From contig CAUVXB020000001.1 of assembly GCA_963555825.3 (NCBI GenBank), positions 256,001 to 320,000 of the forward strand: a stretch of DNA of 64,000 nucleotides. The letters run 5' to 3'. A program made the translations under genes and the position numbers. The notes under the pieces were generated by a model. It worked only from the letters and a program-made list of their open reading frames with translations, was not told the DNA's origin and searched no databases. This document shows, one piece after another, positions 62,038 to 64,000 of the stretch (its first letter is position 1; each line of letters starts with the position of its first letter). This DNA is from Alphaproteobacteria bacterium. Its GTDB lineage: Bacteria; Pseudomonadota; Alphaproteobacteria; JAAXGF01.

Positions 62038-63437
62038 CGTGGCCGATTGTGCATCAGCTTGACGTAACCGTCGCGTGTCTGCGGCAGCTTGCGGCCCAGG
62101 ATGCGCGAGGCGACCATGGTGCGCAAAACCTGCGCCGTGCCGCCGCCGATCGTGAACATGCGCGCGTCGCGCACCATGCGCTCGAGCGGGTTGTTGCGCG
62201 AATAGCCGGCGGCGCCGAAGAGCTGCAGCGCGTCGTTGGTCACCGCGATGGCGGTCTCGGAGGTGAATATCTTGGCCTGTGCCGCCTCGGTGGCGTCGGG
62301 GAAGCCCTCGCCGGCGCCCTGGGCCGCCTTGTAGACCAGCGCGCGGGACGCCGCGAGGCGCGTGCTCATGTCGGCCAACATCCACTGCAGGCCCTGGAAC
62401 TCGGCGATCGGCCGGCCGAACTGCTCGCGCTCCTGGACGTAAGACAGCGCCATCTGGTAGGCGCCCTCGGCGATGCCGAGCGACACCGTCGCGGCGCCGA
62501 CGCGTTGCGCGTTGTAGGCGTTCATCAGGGCGCCGAAGCTATGGCGCAAGCCGCCGGGCGGCACCACCACCATGTCCTCGGCGACCTCGAGGTCGTCGAA
62601 GATGATCTCGGTCTCGGGGATGCCGCGCAGGCCCATGGCCGGCTCGCGCGTGCCGATGATCAGGCCGGGATGCGCGTCCAACAGATTCAGTACGGCGTAG
62701 TGATCGGGCGAATGGCGCGGGAAGCGCCAGTGGGTCCGGCTCTTGTGTGCGGCGCCGAAGTGAGCGCGCAGCCGTCGCCTGACGGTCGTCGGCGAGAGCT
62801 TGATACTGTTTTCCTTAATCACGTCGGCGACGGTGACCGCAGCACTTTGCGGCCCGGCCGCCTGCTTCGGGTCGCGCACGACGATGAAGGCGCCGATGCC
62901 CTGCTCCTGGTCGAATTCGTCGAACACGCGGGCGAAGATCATGTGCAGGCGCGAGACGCCGCCGCCGGTGATCCAGTGCTTCTTGCCGTTGAGCACCCAG
63001 CGGTCGCCGCGGTGTTCGGCGCGTGTCGTCATCTCGGTCGCCGCCGAGCCGGCGTCGGGCTCGGTGATGCAGATCGCCGGCTTGTCGCCGGCCAGCACCA
63101 ATTTGGCGGCGAGCTTCTTCTGCTTCTCCGAGCCATAGGCCATGATCGCGCCGATCGCGCCCATGTTGCCCTCGACGACGATGCGCGCCGTGACGCCGCA
63201 GACCTTGGCCATCTCCTCGATGACCAGCACGACATCGAAATAGGAGAGCCCGGCGCCGCCGTATTTCTTGGCCACGGTCATGCCCATGAAGCCGGCGCGG
63301 GTCAACGCGGCGACGTTGTCCCACGGGTAGGCCTCGGTGCGGTCGACCTCGGCCGCGCGCGGCGCGATTTCCGATTCGGCCAGCGCGCCGGCGCGTTCCT
63401 TGAGCTTTACTTGAGCGGGTGTCAGGGTCGCGCTCAT
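62034..63437 (-). CDS. Acyl-CoA dehydrogenase family, 3-sulfinopropanoyl-CoA desulfinase-like, with in-frame insert
   Basis: YPWDNV, LVLAGDKPAICITEP, WITGGGVSRLH, AYNAQRVGA, MFTIGGGTAQ (no catalytic Glu), KLPQTRDGY, as recalled for AcdA desulfinases. Confidence 0.82.
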   Translation of the reverse strand: MSATLTPAQVKLKERAGALAESEIAPRAAEVDRTEAYPWDNVAALTRAGFMGMTVAKKYGGAGLSYFDVVLVIEEMAKVCGVTARIVVEGNMGAIGAIMAYGSEKQKKLAAKLVLAGDKPAICITEPDAGSAATEMTTRAEHRGDRWVLNGKKHWITGGGVSRLHMIFARVFDEFDQEQGIGAFIVVRDPKQAAGPQSAAVTVADVIKENSIKLSPTTVRRRLRAHFGAAHKSRTHWRFPRHSPDHYAVLNLLDAHPGLIIGTREPAMGLRGIPETEIIFDDLEVAEDMVVVPPGGLRHSFGALMNAYNAQRVGAATVSLGIAEGAYQMALSYVQEREQFGRPIAEFQGLQWMLADMSTRLAASRALVYKAAQGAGEGFPDATEAAQAKIFTSETAIAVTNDALQLFGAAGYSRNNPLERMVRDARMFTIGGGTAQVLRTMVASRILGRKLPQTRDGYVKLMHNRPR

Positions 63438-63483
63438 CAGGGCCTCTCCTTAAGTCGCTTGCGCTGGCCGGCAGCCGATATGC

Positions 63484-63783
63484 TCACGCCGCGTGGGGCT
63501 CGACCTCGGCCTTCAGCCGATCGCCGGCCTCGATCTTAGCGACCTCGAGTTCGTAATTGGTCTGGAGATTAAGCCAGAATTGCTCCTCCATACGGAAAAA
63601 CATGCCGAGCCGCAACGCCGTATCGGCGGTGATGGCGCGCTTGCCGTGAACGATCTCGTTGATCCGCCGGGCTGGCACGCTGATGCTCTTGGCCAGGCGG
63701 TACTGGCTGATGCTCATCGGCTTGAGGAAGTCCTCGAGCAGAATTTCTCCGGGGTGAACCGGTGCGAATTTCCGGCCGATCAT
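63484..63783 (-). CDS. higA: HigA antitoxin
   Basis: PVHPGEILLEDF...RRINEIVHGKRAITADTALRL...FWLNLQ. Confidence 0.93.
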   Translation of the reverse strand: MIGRKFAPVHPGEILLEDFLKPMSISQYRLAKSISVPARRINEIVHGKRAITADTALRLGMFFRMEEQFWLNLQTNYELEVAKIEAGDRLKAEVEPHAA

Positions 63784-63799
63784 CGTTGCCCTCCTTGGC

Positions 63800-64000
63800 T
63801 CAATGGTAATTCGCGATCTCGACGTCGTAGGCGTCGCCCGCGCGCCATTTGAAACAGATCCGCCACTGGCGATTGATGCGGACACTGTACTGGCCGGCCC
63901 GGTCGCCCGAAAGACGTTCGAGGTGGTTGCCCGGCGGCACGCGCAGCGTCTCGATCCGGTTCGCCGCGTGAATCTGCAAGAGCTTCCTGTGCGCCTGACG
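63800..64000 (-). CDS. higB: HigB toxin (5' end beyond window)
   Basis: Manual translation: LRVPPGNHLERLSGDRAGQYSVRINRQWRICFKW...VEIANYH*. Confidence 0.9.
   Translation of the reverse strand, partial: RQAHRKLLQIHAANRIETLRVPPGNHLERLSGDRAGQYSVRINRQWRICFKWRAGDAYDVEIANYH

Noticed and set aside
62670-62867. Intein in the acyl-CoA dehydrogenase
   Set aside because: Too short, and lacks the C-terminal His-Asn followed by Cys/Ser/Thr

Overview
High-GC chromosomal window, most likely alphaproteobacterial (rpsD; radC-map-sfsA; rnr-topA-dprA-plsY-pyrC-pyrB). It is undergoing a recent IS expansion: 16 IS copies of 7 types cover about 23.5 kb (~37%). Removing the IS elements by hand, using their target-site duplications (TSDs), reveals several hidden structures. 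(1) A decayed integron at 31752-36166: an IntI C-terminal remnant split by an ISKra4-like element, an attI-like site 3' of and co-oriented with intI, and one complete gene cassette (membrane anchor + coiled coil + IPT/TIG protein, split by IS256) ending in a canonical 57-bp attC. (2) A tyrosine-integrase island inserted in the HNHPSG motif of radC (9181-18358) that appends an LAA degron-like tail to the truncated RadC. (3) A low-GC membrane-anchored NACHT/STAND-like gene broken by five IS insertions (50719-58666), inside a segment bounded by a duplicated 3' end of a TPP-enzyme gene. (4) Genetically encoded ssrA-like ANDN...AA tails on two DUF1127 proteins and a transposase. (5) A ~60-aa in-frame insert in a 3-sulfinopropanoyl-CoA desulfinase-like acyl-CoA dehydrogenase. 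All calls come from manual reading; no database searches were run.
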